Source: an uncultured Christensenella sp. (GTDB lineage Bacteria; Bacillota; Clostridia; Christensenellales; DTU072). Taken from it: 64,000 bases of DNA. Numbering within the stretch: the first letter of the stretch is position 1; the number at the start of each line of letters is the position of its first letter. The stretch is taken from NCBI GenBank assembly GCA_964418255.1, contig CAYQKV010000002.1:108421-172420 (forward strand). The letters are read 5' to 3'. A model generated the notes under the pieces. The model made no database searches. It saw nothing but the letters and a program-made list of their open reading frames with translations, and was not told where the DNA came from. Positions 55,316 through 64,000 of the stretch are shown here, in pieces. The position numbers and the translations under genes were made by a program.

Positions 55316-56467
55316 ATGAAATTGAGTAAAGTATTTGATTTGATTAAAAAAGAAGAAGAACGCCAGAGCCGAAACATAGAACTTATCGCGAGCGAAAATT
55401 TTTGCAGCGAAGACATTATGAAAGCGGTGGGCAGTTGCCTTACGAATAAATACAGCGAAGGGTATCCGGGTAAAAGATATTACGGCGGGTGCGAAGTCGT
55501 AGACGAGATAGAGACATATTGTATAGAGATGTGGCAAAAAGTGTTCAATACCGATTACCACGTCAACGTCCAGCCCCACAGCGGTTCGAGCGCGAACCTT
55601 GCTTCTTACCAGGCGATTCTTGTTCCCGGAGACAAGGTTCTCAGTATGGAACTTAACAACGGCAGTCATCTTACCCACGGTTCGGCGGTAAACGCGAGCG
55701 GAAAACTCTATAACTTTTCTTTTTACGGAGTGGACGAAAGAGGTTATATCGATTACGAAGACGCGAGAAAGAAAGCTCTCGAAATCCGTCCGAAACTCAT
55801 AGTGGCGGGCGCGAGCGCGTATTCGAGAATAATCGATTTCGCCAAATTTTCCGAGATAGCGAAAGAAGCCGGCGCGCTTCTTATGGTAGACATCGCGCAT
55901 ATAGCCGGACTTGTCGCTACGGGTTATCATCCTACGCCGTTCGGGTATGCCGATATAGTAACTACGACTACGCATAAGACGCTGAGAGGACCGAGAGGCG
56001 GTTTGATTTTCTGTAAGGAAGAACTTGCCAAAAAAATCGACTCGGCAATCTTCCCGGGAACGCAGGGCGGACCTTTGCAACACGTTATCGCAGGCAAAGC
56101 AATCGCCGCGGAAGAAGCGTTGACACCCGAGTACAAGGAGTATATAGGAAAGGTAGTCGAAAGCTGTCGCGTTATGGCGGAGGAGTTCGTAAAAATGGGC
56201 TATAAGGTCGTCACGGGCGGCACCGACAACCATCTTTTCCTTGTGGACTTGACGGACAAAGGAGTAAGCGGAAAACAGGTGCAGGAGGCTTGCGACGCAG
56301 TCGGTATAACCCTCAACAAAAATTGCGTGCCCAACGAAACCCGTTCTCCTATGCAGACGAGCGGCGTGAGAATAGGCACCGCGGCAATGACAACAAAAGG
56401 CTTTACCGCAAAAGATTTTGTCGAAACCGCTCATAAAATCGATAAAGTTATTAAAAATATTTTATAA
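55316..56467 (+). CDS. glyA: Serine hydroxymethyltransferase
   Basis: [32 protein letters not shown] and [14 protein letters not shown] (PLP lysine). At 383 aa it is shorter than the roughly 415 aa of well-known GlyA proteins. Confidence 0.95.
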   Translation: MKLSKVFDLIKKEEERQSRNIELIASENFCSEDIMKAVGSCLTNKYSEGYPGKRYYGGCEVVDEIETYCIEMWQKVFNTDYHVNVQPHSGSSANLASYQAILVPGDKVLSMELNNGSHLTHGSAVNASGKLYNFSFYGVDERGYIDYEDARKKALEIRPKLIVAGASAYSRIIDFAKFSEIAKEAGALLMVDIAHIAGLVATGYHPTPFGYADIVTTTTHKTLRGPRGGLIFCKEELAKKIDSAIFPGTQGGPLQHVIAGKAIAAEEALTPEYKEYIGKVVESCRVMAEEFVKMGYKVVTGGTDNHLFLVDLTDKGVSGKQVQEACDAVGITLNKNCVPNETRSPMQTSGVRIGTAAMTTKGFTAKDFVETAHKIDKVIKNIL

Positions 56468-56476
56468 ATTTAGATT

Positions 56477-57150
56477 GCGAGAGAGGAAAACTTTTTAGAC
56501 TACACCCGACCAAACGTTATGCGGAAAATCGCTCGCGGTCGGCATTTAGCCGACGCGCGGACGATTTTTTTAATCCGCATAAGTCGGACTACCAAGGAAG
56601 CAAAATGACACATTTTGCTTATTATGTAAGTTCGCAAGGGGTTTACTCCCCTTGCTTATCCCCATAAGGGCGACACTCTCGGTACACGCCCGTTCGTGTC
56701 GATTATCTCCGACCACACGTTATGCGGAAAATCGCTCGCGGTCGGCATTCAGCCGACGCGCGGACGATTTTTTTAATCCGCATAAGTCGGACTACCAAGG
56801 AAGCAAAATGACACATTTTGCTTATTATGTAAGTTCGCAAGGGGTTTACTCCCCTTGCTTATCCCCATAAGGGCGACACTCTCGGTACACGCCCGTTCGT
56901 GTCGATTATCTCCGACCACACGTTATGCGGAAAATCGCTCGCGGTCGGCATTTAGTCGACGCGCGGACGATTTTTTTTATCCGCATAAGTCGGACTTCCA
57001 AGGAAGCAAAATGACACATTTTGCTTGTTATTTAAGTTCGTAAGGGGTTCACTCCCCTTACTTATCCCCATAAGGGCGACACTCTCGGTACACGCCCGTT
57101 CGTGTCGAATATATAAGTTTCTTCTCCCTCGCGCTCCCTCTTTACAAAAA
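56477..57150 (-). repeat. Structured repeat element, subfamily 2: three tandem 203-bp cores inside a single pair of inverted-repeat arms
   Basis: Unit phase markers gacca[a/c]acgttatgcgg lie at 56508, 56711 and 56914 (period 203). Arms are gcgagagaggaaaacttt (56477-94) and aagtttcttctccctcgcgc (57115-34). Units are nearly identical. Confidence 0.9.
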
Positions 57151-57229
57151 CTTTCCTTATTTATGTATTTAATCTTTCCCTTACATTAAGTGTAAACTTA
57201 AATGGATGGAAAAGAAAAAGGAATAAAAT

Positions 57230-57428
57230 AAATTCAAAAAGTGGAAAGCACATTTTTCACTTTTTGCCCTTACAGGGGTCGAGCAGGGGAATATCCCCTG
57301 CGAACTGTGGATATAAGGAAGTCGGTACGACTTTCTTCCTTATAAGTCCGCCTTACACGGAAATAAATTTTATCCGCACAAAGGTTTTACCGATTGCGGT
57401 AAAATTCCGTGTAACGTTTGGTCGGAAG
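57230..57428 (+). repeat. Structured repeat element, subfamily 1, copy 8
   Basis: H1 is caaaaagtggaaa/ttttcactttttg. H2 is gcagggg/cccctgc. H3 is aaggaagtcg/cgactttcttcctt. H4 is ttacacgga/tccgtgtaa and aattttatccgca/tgcggtaaaatt. Confidence 0.85.
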
Positions 57429-57544
57429 CCTGCCGCCGTTTGGTTGGAAGCTTGCCTTGACTATTTTAGTTATAATGTAGTATACTTTATTTAAGGTAGA
57501 TGTTTACCTAAAATATATTTTGTCATATTAGGAGGATAGTTATT

Positions 57545-58018
57545 ATGACTGTATTAAGCGGTTTGGCGGCGATGCAACCGTGGCTTATGTGGCTTATAAT
57601 CATACTTGCGGCGGTAATCGTTTTCGGCGTTATTATGCACTTTATCAACCGTTCGTTCCGCATCAAGTACGATTTGAACCTTTTCGGCGGCGGCTTGCTT
57701 ATGGCTATCGCGCTTGCAAGCGCGGTCGGCGGCTTTTTCTTGGTTAAAGGAGAATCTAAAATCGGATACGCGCTGTTTGCGCTTACGGCGATACTTATTA
57801 TCGTGACGCTTATTTACGACGTAAAAAAATGCGGAGGAATGGGCGTCGTAGCTCTTATATGTCAAATTCTCTTCTCGGTAGGTTCGATTTTATTGATATT
57901 CGATTTCTTCGGGAATAAATCCCGTTCGTCGGTCTCGCACTCGATTCGCGAGGACAGAATCGTTAGAAGAGAACGTGAAAGAAGAGGATATAACGACCGC
58001 GACCGCGGATATTATTGA
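57545..58018 (+). CDS. Small membrane protein with an Arg/Asp-rich C-terminal tail
   Basis: 4 TM segments, then RERERRGYNDRDRGYY. Good RBS (taggagga). Confidence 0.6.
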   Translation: MTVLSGLAAMQPWLMWLIIILAAVIVFGVIMHFINRSFRIKYDLNLFGGGLLMAIALASAVGGFFLVKGESKIGYALFALTAILIIVTLIYDVKKCGGMGVVALICQILFSVGSILLIFDFFGNKSRSSVSHSIREDRIVRRERERRGYNDRDRGYY

Positions 58019-58036
58019 TAACGCGGTAAAAAGCAT

Positions 58037-58765
58037 ATGAGAAACGACAGGTTAGAAGCCAAATTCAGAGCTAAAAAAGAAGTACGAGGGAATTGGGTAG
58101 CGCTGTTTTTTACGAGCGTGCTTATAGGACTGCCGAGTTCGGTAATCGACGCGGTTGCCGCGGCGATGCAAAGGAACGTAGGGAACGGAGCGGAATATGC
58201 GCTTATAGGCGCAATTCTCGGAGTGATAGGTTTTGTCGTTGCGATTTTGCTCTTTCCCGCTTCCGCCGCGCTGAATAAGAAATATCTTGCTGTGGCGAGA
58301 GGGGAAGACAGAAGAAACACGTCCGTTTTGTGCTATTACAGAGAACGCGACTGGTCGGAAAAAGTCAAAGCGTATTTTCTCGTAATGCTGTATACTACGC
58401 TCGGACTTATTTTGTGCGTCATTCCCGGAATAATCATAGCGATAAAATATTCTATGCTCGGATACGTTTTCGCGGACAATCCGAATATCGGATACCGCGA
58501 CGCGATGGATAAATGCAAAGAGCTTACTGCGGGAAGAACGTGGGAAATTTTCGTTTTTCATCTCAGTTTTATCGGTTGGCACCTGCTTTCCGTGCTCACG
58601 TTCGGCATTCTCGAAATATGGGTCATTCCGTACGAAAATACCGCGTTTGCCGCATGGTACGATTTGAACAGACCCGTCGAAGATGATTTTGCTTCGGGCG
58701 AAACGGATGAACTTTTTCAATCGGGGACTTCCGATTTTTACGAAAATACAAATACGTTGTTTTGA
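58037..58765 (+). CDS. DUF975-family membrane protein
   Basis: The N-terminal ...AK..V.GNW pattern and TM layout match my memory of DUF975. Confidence 0.65.
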   Translation: MRNDRLEAKFRAKKEVRGNWVALFFTSVLIGLPSSVIDAVAAAMQRNVGNGAEYALIGAILGVIGFVVAILLFPASAALNKKYLAVARGEDRRNTSVLCYYRERDWSEKVKAYFLVMLYTTLGLILCVIPGIIIAIKYSMLGYVFADNPNIGYRDAMDKCKELTAGRTWEIFVFHLSFIGWHLLSVLTFGILEIWVIPYENTAFAAWYDLNRPVEDDFASGETDELFQSGTSDFYENTNTLF

Positions 58766-58821
58766 TAATTACGCCGATTTGCGCTTGGTTTTCGCGGTGC
58801 AGAAAAGGCGCGGAGAAAAAT

Positions 58822-60225
58822 ATGGATAAGTCGCTAACCTACTCTTTGCAGTCAAGATGGAAGCAAGAGGGCAGTATTCTGCGTTATTACGGTTTAAGGA
58901 ACAAGGAACACCTGTTTGAAAATACCGTAAAACTGACTGAAAAGCAAAAAAATATTATAGAAAAACTTCCGTGCGCAATTACGGATAAAGAGTTGTCCGT
59001 ACTGGGAAAGCTTGTAGGAAACGCGGTGGTAAGAACAGAGGAAGTGAGAAAAATTCCGAAAAATCTTTCGGAAGCGCGTTTTTGCGCAAATTGCATTGCA
59101 AACGATTTTATAATTCCGGGGTTGGAATTTGACGGCAACGGGTTTTGTCCTATGTGCCAGACAAAAAAAGAAACGGAAAAACTCAAAAGTATAGTCCCGA
59201 TAAAAAATACCTTTCCTCATTCGAAAAAATCGCGCTTCGACGTCGCGCTGTTTTATACGGGAGGTAAGGATTCCACATATTTACTCTATTATCTTGCAAA
59301 AGTACAGAGATTAAAAGTGCTTGCGCTTACTTGGGAAATCCCGTACATATCCGACAGCGCGAGGGAAAGTATCGGCGAAGCAAAGAAGAGGCTGCCGAAC
59401 GTCGAGTTTATTTCGAGAAAGGTAGCGGACAGCGACTTAAAACTGATGTACGGACGACTGTATGAATTAAGCGGAAACACCTGCGCCTGCCCGTCGCTTG
59501 CATACGCGCTGTTCTATCCGGAGCTTGTTTCGAATAAAGTTCCGTATTTCGTAGTAGGAAACGAAACCGCGCAAATCGTCGGACTTTACTATAACCGTAT
59601 GGCTCCGAAATTCGCATATTCGTTTGCGGATAATAAAACAGCAAACTTTTTTATAAACGTCGGAAGAGTTGTTACGCTCCGTCCGCCGTTGAAAAGAGGA
59701 CAGTTTCATACGATTGCGACAATGAAACAGCTTGCTTACGGCGACAACCCTTTGAAAAAAATCTTCGGCTACGGGAACGAGTTGGTAAGTAACGTAGTAG
59801 AATCCATGCTTACCGTGCCGAATATGGTAAAACCGTTAAAAAGAGCGATAAGAATTTCATCGCTTACGGGTAATATACCCGTTTTTGCTCAGGTAGACTT
59901 CGACGAAATAAGCGGAGGAAAGTACGACTGGAAAAAAATTAAATCGATAATAGTGAAGGAATGCGGATGGGTAGAACCCGAAGAAAACGCAAAAGGCTTG
60001 CACACAAGCTGTAATATAGAAAAGTGCAAGGAATATTCGCAATTTAAGCGGTTTTACGATATGGAAAGCGATATGATACCGTTCAGCGCGCTTGAACTTG
60101 CCATCGCGGTACGAGACGGCAACGCGACGAGGGAAGACGCCTTGAAAGAGCTCGATTGCGCGCTCGGTTTCAGTCTCGAAGAAGTTCCCGAATGTGCGAT
60201 AATGAAAGAATATTTGGCAAAATGA
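58822..60225 (+). CDS. PP-loop ATP-pyrophosphatase-like protein with an N-terminal Cys4 ribbon (N-acetyl-sugar amidotransferase/WbpG-like)
   Basis: CANC....PG.EFD..G.CPMC, followed by the PP-loop variant LFYTGGKDSTYLLYYL. The ATG at 58822 is preferred over the track start at 58762. Confidence 0.6.
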   Translation: MDKSLTYSLQSRWKQEGSILRYYGLRNKEHLFENTVKLTEKQKNIIEKLPCAITDKELSVLGKLVGNAVVRTEEVRKIPKNLSEARFCANCIANDFIIPGLEFDGNGFCPMCQTKKETEKLKSIVPIKNTFPHSKKSRFDVALFYTGGKDSTYLLYYLAKVQRLKVLALTWEIPYISDSARESIGEAKKRLPNVEFISRKVADSDLKLMYGRLYELSGNTCACPSLAYALFYPELVSNKVPYFVVGNETAQIVGLYYNRMAPKFAYSFADNKTANFFINVGRVVTLRPPLKRGQFHTIATMKQLAYGDNPLKKIFGYGNELVSNVVESMLTVPNMVKPLKRAIRISSLTGNIPVFAQVDFDEISGGKYDWKKIKSIIVKECGWVEPEENAKGLHTSCNIEKCKEYSQFKRFYDMESDMIPFSALELAIAVRDGNATREDALKELDCALGFSLEEVPECAIMKEYLAK

Positions 60226-60905
60226 ACGCCGTAGTCTATTACTCAAATACGGGAGAAAGCCGTAAAATAGCGGAATATTTCAGCGAAAAGCTGGGTTATC
60301 CCGTTTTCGATATCGGCGGTTTAAATATATACGAATTCGATACCGTCGCGCTTGTTTTTCCGGTGCATTGTCAAAATATCCCGAAAGCGGTAAAAGGGTT
60401 TCTGAAAAAATTAAACGCAAAAAACGTAGCCGTCGCCGCAACTTACGGAAAAATGTGCAGAGGCAACGTTCTGTACGAAGCGCAGAACCGTTTTAAGCTC
60501 AACGTTATCGCAGGAGCGTATATTCCGACGAAGCATTCGTATATCGAGGAGAAAGAATTTACGGAATTTGACGAGCTCGACCGTTTTATCGAAAAAATAA
60601 AAACTCCTACGTCGGTTAAAATACCTCGTTTGTATAAAAATCCGCTCGCAAACTTCTTTCCTAAGTTACGCAGTGCGGTAGGAGTCAGAATCGAAACGAA
60701 AAAAGAGAAGTGTATCCGATGCGGCGAGTGCGGAAAGGCGTGTAAGAACAGCGCGATAGAGTGCGGCAGTATAAATTCCGAATGTATCAGATGCCTTGCG
60801 TGCGTAAATGCGTGCAAAAACGGCGCGTTGACGGTTAAATACACATTCCCGATGAAAATTTATCTTAACGGGAAAAAACATAACGATTTTATTTTTTACG
60901 TTTGA
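60222..60905 (+). CDS. Flavodoxin-like + 2x[4Fe-4S] ferredoxin fusion (EFR1-type)
   Basis: N-terminal VVYYSNTGESRKIAEYF. C-terminal CIRCGECGKAC and CIRCLACVNAC. ATGA overlap with the upstream PP-loop gene. Confidence 0.75.
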   Translation: MNAVVYYSNTGESRKIAEYFSEKLGYPVFDIGGLNIYEFDTVALVFPVHCQNIPKAVKGFLKKLNAKNVAVAATYGKMCRGNVLYEAQNRFKLNVIAGAYIPTKHSYIEEKEFTEFDELDRFIEKIKTPTSVKIPRLYKNPLANFFPKLRSAVGVRIETKKEKCIRCGECGKACKNSAIECGSINSECIRCLACVNACKNGALTVKYTFPMKIYLNGKKHNDFIFYV

Positions 60906-60913
60906 TTAGCTTT

Positions 60914-61849
60914 TTATTGTTCCGTTTCCGACCGAGAGGAGCTGCGGTATTCTTCGATTAGACCGAGGAAATAGGCGTCGTAATCTTCGGGCGATTTGAC
61001 GTTTTCGTCGTAGAATGCGTACATATTTTCCTGCCCGTCGTGGGTTATGCCTTCTTCGAGGGGAACGGTAACGTCGCGAGTGAAAGTAAGGTCGTTAATC
61101 TCGAATTCGACGCCGCTTATTTTAATTTTTTCGGGGACGGACGTTTGTTCGTTTCTGACAAACGTAAGAGTAAGATTTTCTTCCGTTATCGGAGTTAAGT
61201 CGGATTTGAGCGCGTAATAGAGGGTCGCTTTTCCGTTAATTACGTCGAGGTCGTAAAACTTATAGATATAATCGGAGTAGTTTGCGTAAGGTTTAGCTAT
61301 TTCCGCATAGAACAAACGGTTGTACTCGGAAGTGGCGTACGGGAATGCGCGCAAACCTTTATATACGGTTTTTACATAGGATAAGTCCGTCGCTTTACTC
61401 ACCTTTTTATACTGTCTTTCGTAGGCGTCGATGAGTTTGGAAGCGCTCGGCCAACGCGCGACGAGATAAACCGTTCCGTCGCGGGCGTCCACGTTGTAAG
61501 AAGAAGTCTTCCGATAAATATCGGCGGTGTAGGTGACGGACGTGATTTTGTCGTCGTCGTTTTTGTTATATGAAAGTTTTACGGTTTTGCAGGTAACGGA
61601 CGTGTACTTATCTTCGTAAATGTAATAACCGTAATCGCCGTCGGTCAAGACGAGATAGGATTTTACGCCGTATTCGGCTATTCTGTCCACCGTTTCCTGT
61701 TCGTATTGTTGATATGTGTCGATTATAAGTTCGTAGGTGCCGACGACTTTCGACATTTTCGCGGGAGTACAGCCCGCAAAGACAGCGGCGAAAGAAACGA
61801 GCAAAGCAAACAGAACGGCAAGCGACGTTATTTTTGTGATTTTCTTCAT
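60914..61849 (-). CDS. Hypothetical lipoprotein
   Basis: Signal peptide with lipobox VFAG-C. No functional motif recognised. Confidence 0.7.
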   Translation of the reverse strand: MKKITKITSLAVLFALLVSFAAVFAGCTPAKMSKVVGTYELIIDTYQQYEQETVDRIAEYGVKSYLVLTDGDYGYYIYEDKYTSVTCKTVKLSYNKNDDDKITSVTYTADIYRKTSSYNVDARDGTVYLVARWPSASKLIDAYERQYKKVSKATDLSYVKTVYKGLRAFPYATSEYNRLFYAEIAKPYANYSDYIYKFYDLDVINGKATLYYALKSDLTPITEENLTLTFVRNEQTSVPEKIKISGVEFEINDLTFTRDVTVPLEEGITHDGQENMYAFYDENVKSPEDYDAYFLGLIEEYRSSSRSETEQ

Positions 61850-62002
61850 AATTTCCTTATTATAGCGGGGAAAGCGCGTTTTATTTTTATTATATTCCCC
61901 GTTTCGATTTTAATTATGGCACGAAAGAATAATTTTGTCAATACGGGGTAAATTCCGTCAGCCGCTTGACAACTGACATTTTGTCGGTGTAAGATAACGG
62001 CA

Positions 62003-62046
62003 ATGAAGGTTTTCGGTAAACACTTCATAATAAAAAAACCGAGGTA
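62003..62046 (+). promoter_or_regulatory. preQ1-I-type riboswitch candidate
   Basis: UGAAG-GUUUUCGGUAAACA-CUUCA-UAAUAAAAAAACCGAGG. It has a 5-bp P1, an A-rich tail, and P2 UCGG/CCGA overlapping the RBS. This parallels B. subtilis AGAGGUUCUAGCUACACCCUCUAUAAAAAACUAAGG. Located upstream of queT. Confidence 0.6.
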
Positions 62047-62052
62047 ACTATT

Positions 62053-62640
62053 TTGAAAAAATCAAAAACTCTCGTTATCGCGCGCGCCGCGCTTATCTGC
62101 GCCCTCTACGTCGCGCTTACTTACGCGTGTATGCCCCTTGCTTACGGTCCGTTGCAAATCCGTATAGGCGAAGCGCTTACCGTTTTGCCCCTTTTGTACG
62201 TCGAAAGTATACCCGCGCTGTTTATCGGCTGTATTCTTTCTAATATCGGTTCGCCTTTCGGCTTTTACGATATTATTTTCGGTTCGATAGCGACGCTCAT
62301 CGCGTCTCTGTTTACCTTTCTCGTCGGCAGAAAAGTAAAAAACAGACCGCTTAAAATCGTCCTCGGCGGACTTCCTCCAGTGCTTGTAAACGCTTTTATC
62401 TTGCCGCTTATGTGGCTTTTGTTCGATTTCGATGCCGGGTACGTAGCTAATATGCTTTCAATTTTGCTTACGCAGAGCGTTTTCGTCTACGCGGCGGGGA
62501 CTCCGCTTTATCTTGCGGCGGACAGGCTGAGAAGGAAAAACGTAAAAGGTTTTCAGACTTGCGACGAGCTGTTTACGCGGAAAAAGATGAAGAAAAGGCG
62601 TAATTTTCAGGCGTTTTTTAATTCAAAAAAGGTAGAATAG
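62053..62640 (+). CDS. queT: QueT-family queuosine-precursor transporter (ECF S-component-like)
   Basis: TTG start. ARAALICALYVALTY...GPLQIRIGEALTVLP is typical of QueT. Confidence 0.8.
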   Translation: MKKSKTLVIARAALICALYVALTYACMPLAYGPLQIRIGEALTVLPLLYVESIPALFIGCILSNIGSPFGFYDIIFGSIATLIASLFTFLVGRKVKNRPLKIVLGGLPPVLVNAFILPLMWLLFDFDAGYVANMLSILLTQSVFVYAAGTPLYLAADRLRRKNVKGFQTCDELFTRKKMKKRRNFQAFFNSKKVE

Positions 62641-63097
62641 AAGAGTACGAGGAAACGAGGTCGTCGAATTTTACGGCGCAGTTCGCCGGACTCGGGCTCG
62701 GAAGAAGGACGGGCGTTTCGCCCGTGAAACGGCGGTAAAGGGCGTACGCGGTTTTGCCCGTCGTAAAAACGCGTTTGATATCCGCAGCCGAAAAAATAAC
62801 CGAAAAATCGTTGGGAACGGCGTTTTTTATGCTCGAATCCGACGCGCCGTTTATGTCGCAGGAATAGATTACGTCCCAGAGTGCGATTCCTTTTCCGAGA
62901 AGAAAGGCGCGTTTAGCTTCGTTTGAATCGGGAATTTCTTCGTTGAAAACTTTTTCGAGAACGCGCCAGAAACGATTTTGCGGATGCCCGTAGTAGAAAC
63001 CTTTGGCGCGGGAAAGGGGAGAAGGAAGACTTCCGAGAACGAGAACTTTGCTGTTTTCGTCGAACACGGGTTCGAGCGTGTGAAAAACTTTTTCCAT
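62618..63097 (-). CDS. DNA-deoxyinosine (hypoxanthine) glycosylase, UDG superfamily
   Basis: VLVLGSLPS..S......YYGHPQNRFW motif. The 3' end overlaps queT convergently by 23 nt. Confidence 0.75.
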   Translation of the reverse strand: MEKVFHTLEPVFDENSKVLVLGSLPSPLSRAKGFYYGHPQNRFWRVLEKVFNEEIPDSNEAKRAFLLGKGIALWDVIYSCDINGASDSSIKNAVPNDFSVIFSAADIKRVFTTGKTAYALYRRFTGETPVLLPSPSPANCAVKFDDLVSSYSSILPFLN

Positions 63098-63177
63098 AAA
63101 GGCATTATATCACGATTTATAAGAGGAGGAGCGCGAAAAAAAATATTACGGCTCGGGAAAAAATTTTTTCATTATGT

Positions 63178-63207
63178 TTGACAAGGCGCGCCGCGCGGTT
63201 GTATCAT
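63178..63207 (+). promoter_or_regulatory. Candidate promoter for gdhA
   Basis: ttgaca (63178-83), 18-nt spacer, tatcat (63202-07). Confidence 0.45.
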
Positions 63208-63256
63208 ATAAAAAACACTCTTGCGTGCGTAGGCGCGCGACTAAAATGCTTTTTAA

Positions 63257-64000
<744 letters not shown>

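Noticed and set aside
55307-56434. 375-aa ORF on the minus strand covering almost all of glyA
   Set aside because: It is antisense to an unmistakable serine hydroxymethyltransferase. The translation is Arg/Phe/Val-rich with no motif, which is typical of a shadow ORF caused by codon bias.
56652-57043. Two ORFs with identical N-termini (MLIPIRATLSVHARSCRLSP...) in the tandem repeat, and other ORFs inside repeat copies (6025..6321, 6177..6401, 48255..48437, 57264..57494)
   Set aside because: The identity merely reflects the 203-bp DNA repeat. Frames are not conserved between copies or subfamilies, substitutions follow base-pairing rather than codon structure, and no RBS is present.
56477-57150. 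Possible CRISPR array
   Set aside because: The period is 203 bp and the whole unit is repeated with no unique spacers. There is no short direct repeat and no cas genes in the window.

Overview
The window looks like a chromosomal segment of a Bacillota (Clostridia-like) genome. That placement is inferred from gene content only: YolD plus a Y-family polymerase, a UPF0210/ACT pair, DUF4364, BspA-type LRR lipoproteins and ECF S-components. No database search was possible, so every protein call rests on motifs I recognise in the supplied translations.

I support about 50 CDS:
- Housekeeping genes: rlmH, tadA, pth, mfd, hup, rplI, secG, glyA, and a 5' partial gdhA that is absent from the ORF track because it runs off the window end.
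- A glycerol module: gldA, a fused DhaK/DhaL kinase, and a divergent AraC regulator.
- corA, ttcA, glycerate kinase and dut.
- A metal-chaperone-like operon: a UPF0173 MBL protein, a His-rich COG0523 GTPase, and a P-loop/CCxxD protein.
- Two CPBP proteases.
- Several lipoproteins, including a 2713-aa BspA-type LRR protein and a Cys-rich tandem-repeat protein.

RNA and regulatory features are one tRNA-Leu(CAA), an FMN riboswitch before a RibU-like gene, a preQ1-I-like riboswitch before queT, a structured corA leader, and several sigma-70-like promoters and intrinsic terminators.

The most unusual content is non-coding. A family of roughly 200-nt, highly structured intergenic elements has 8 core units in the window, falling into two subfamilies.
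- The helices are kept by compensatory substitutions, and the wobble pairs have a consistent strand polarity.
- The cores can sit inside inverted-repeat hairpins.
- One site carries a 3 x 203-bp tandem amplification.
- 'Empty' hairpins also exist.
- Two loci show the same head-to-head arrangement of subfamily 1 and subfamily 2.

I do not recognise this family as a named RNA or IS.

A second oddity is a 21-bp perfect duplicate of the tRNA-Leu 3' end lying 199 bp downstream. It bounds a 144-nt strongly folded segment, next to a cluster of convergent AATGAAG motifs.

Many long ORFs in the track are antisense artefacts and were rejected.
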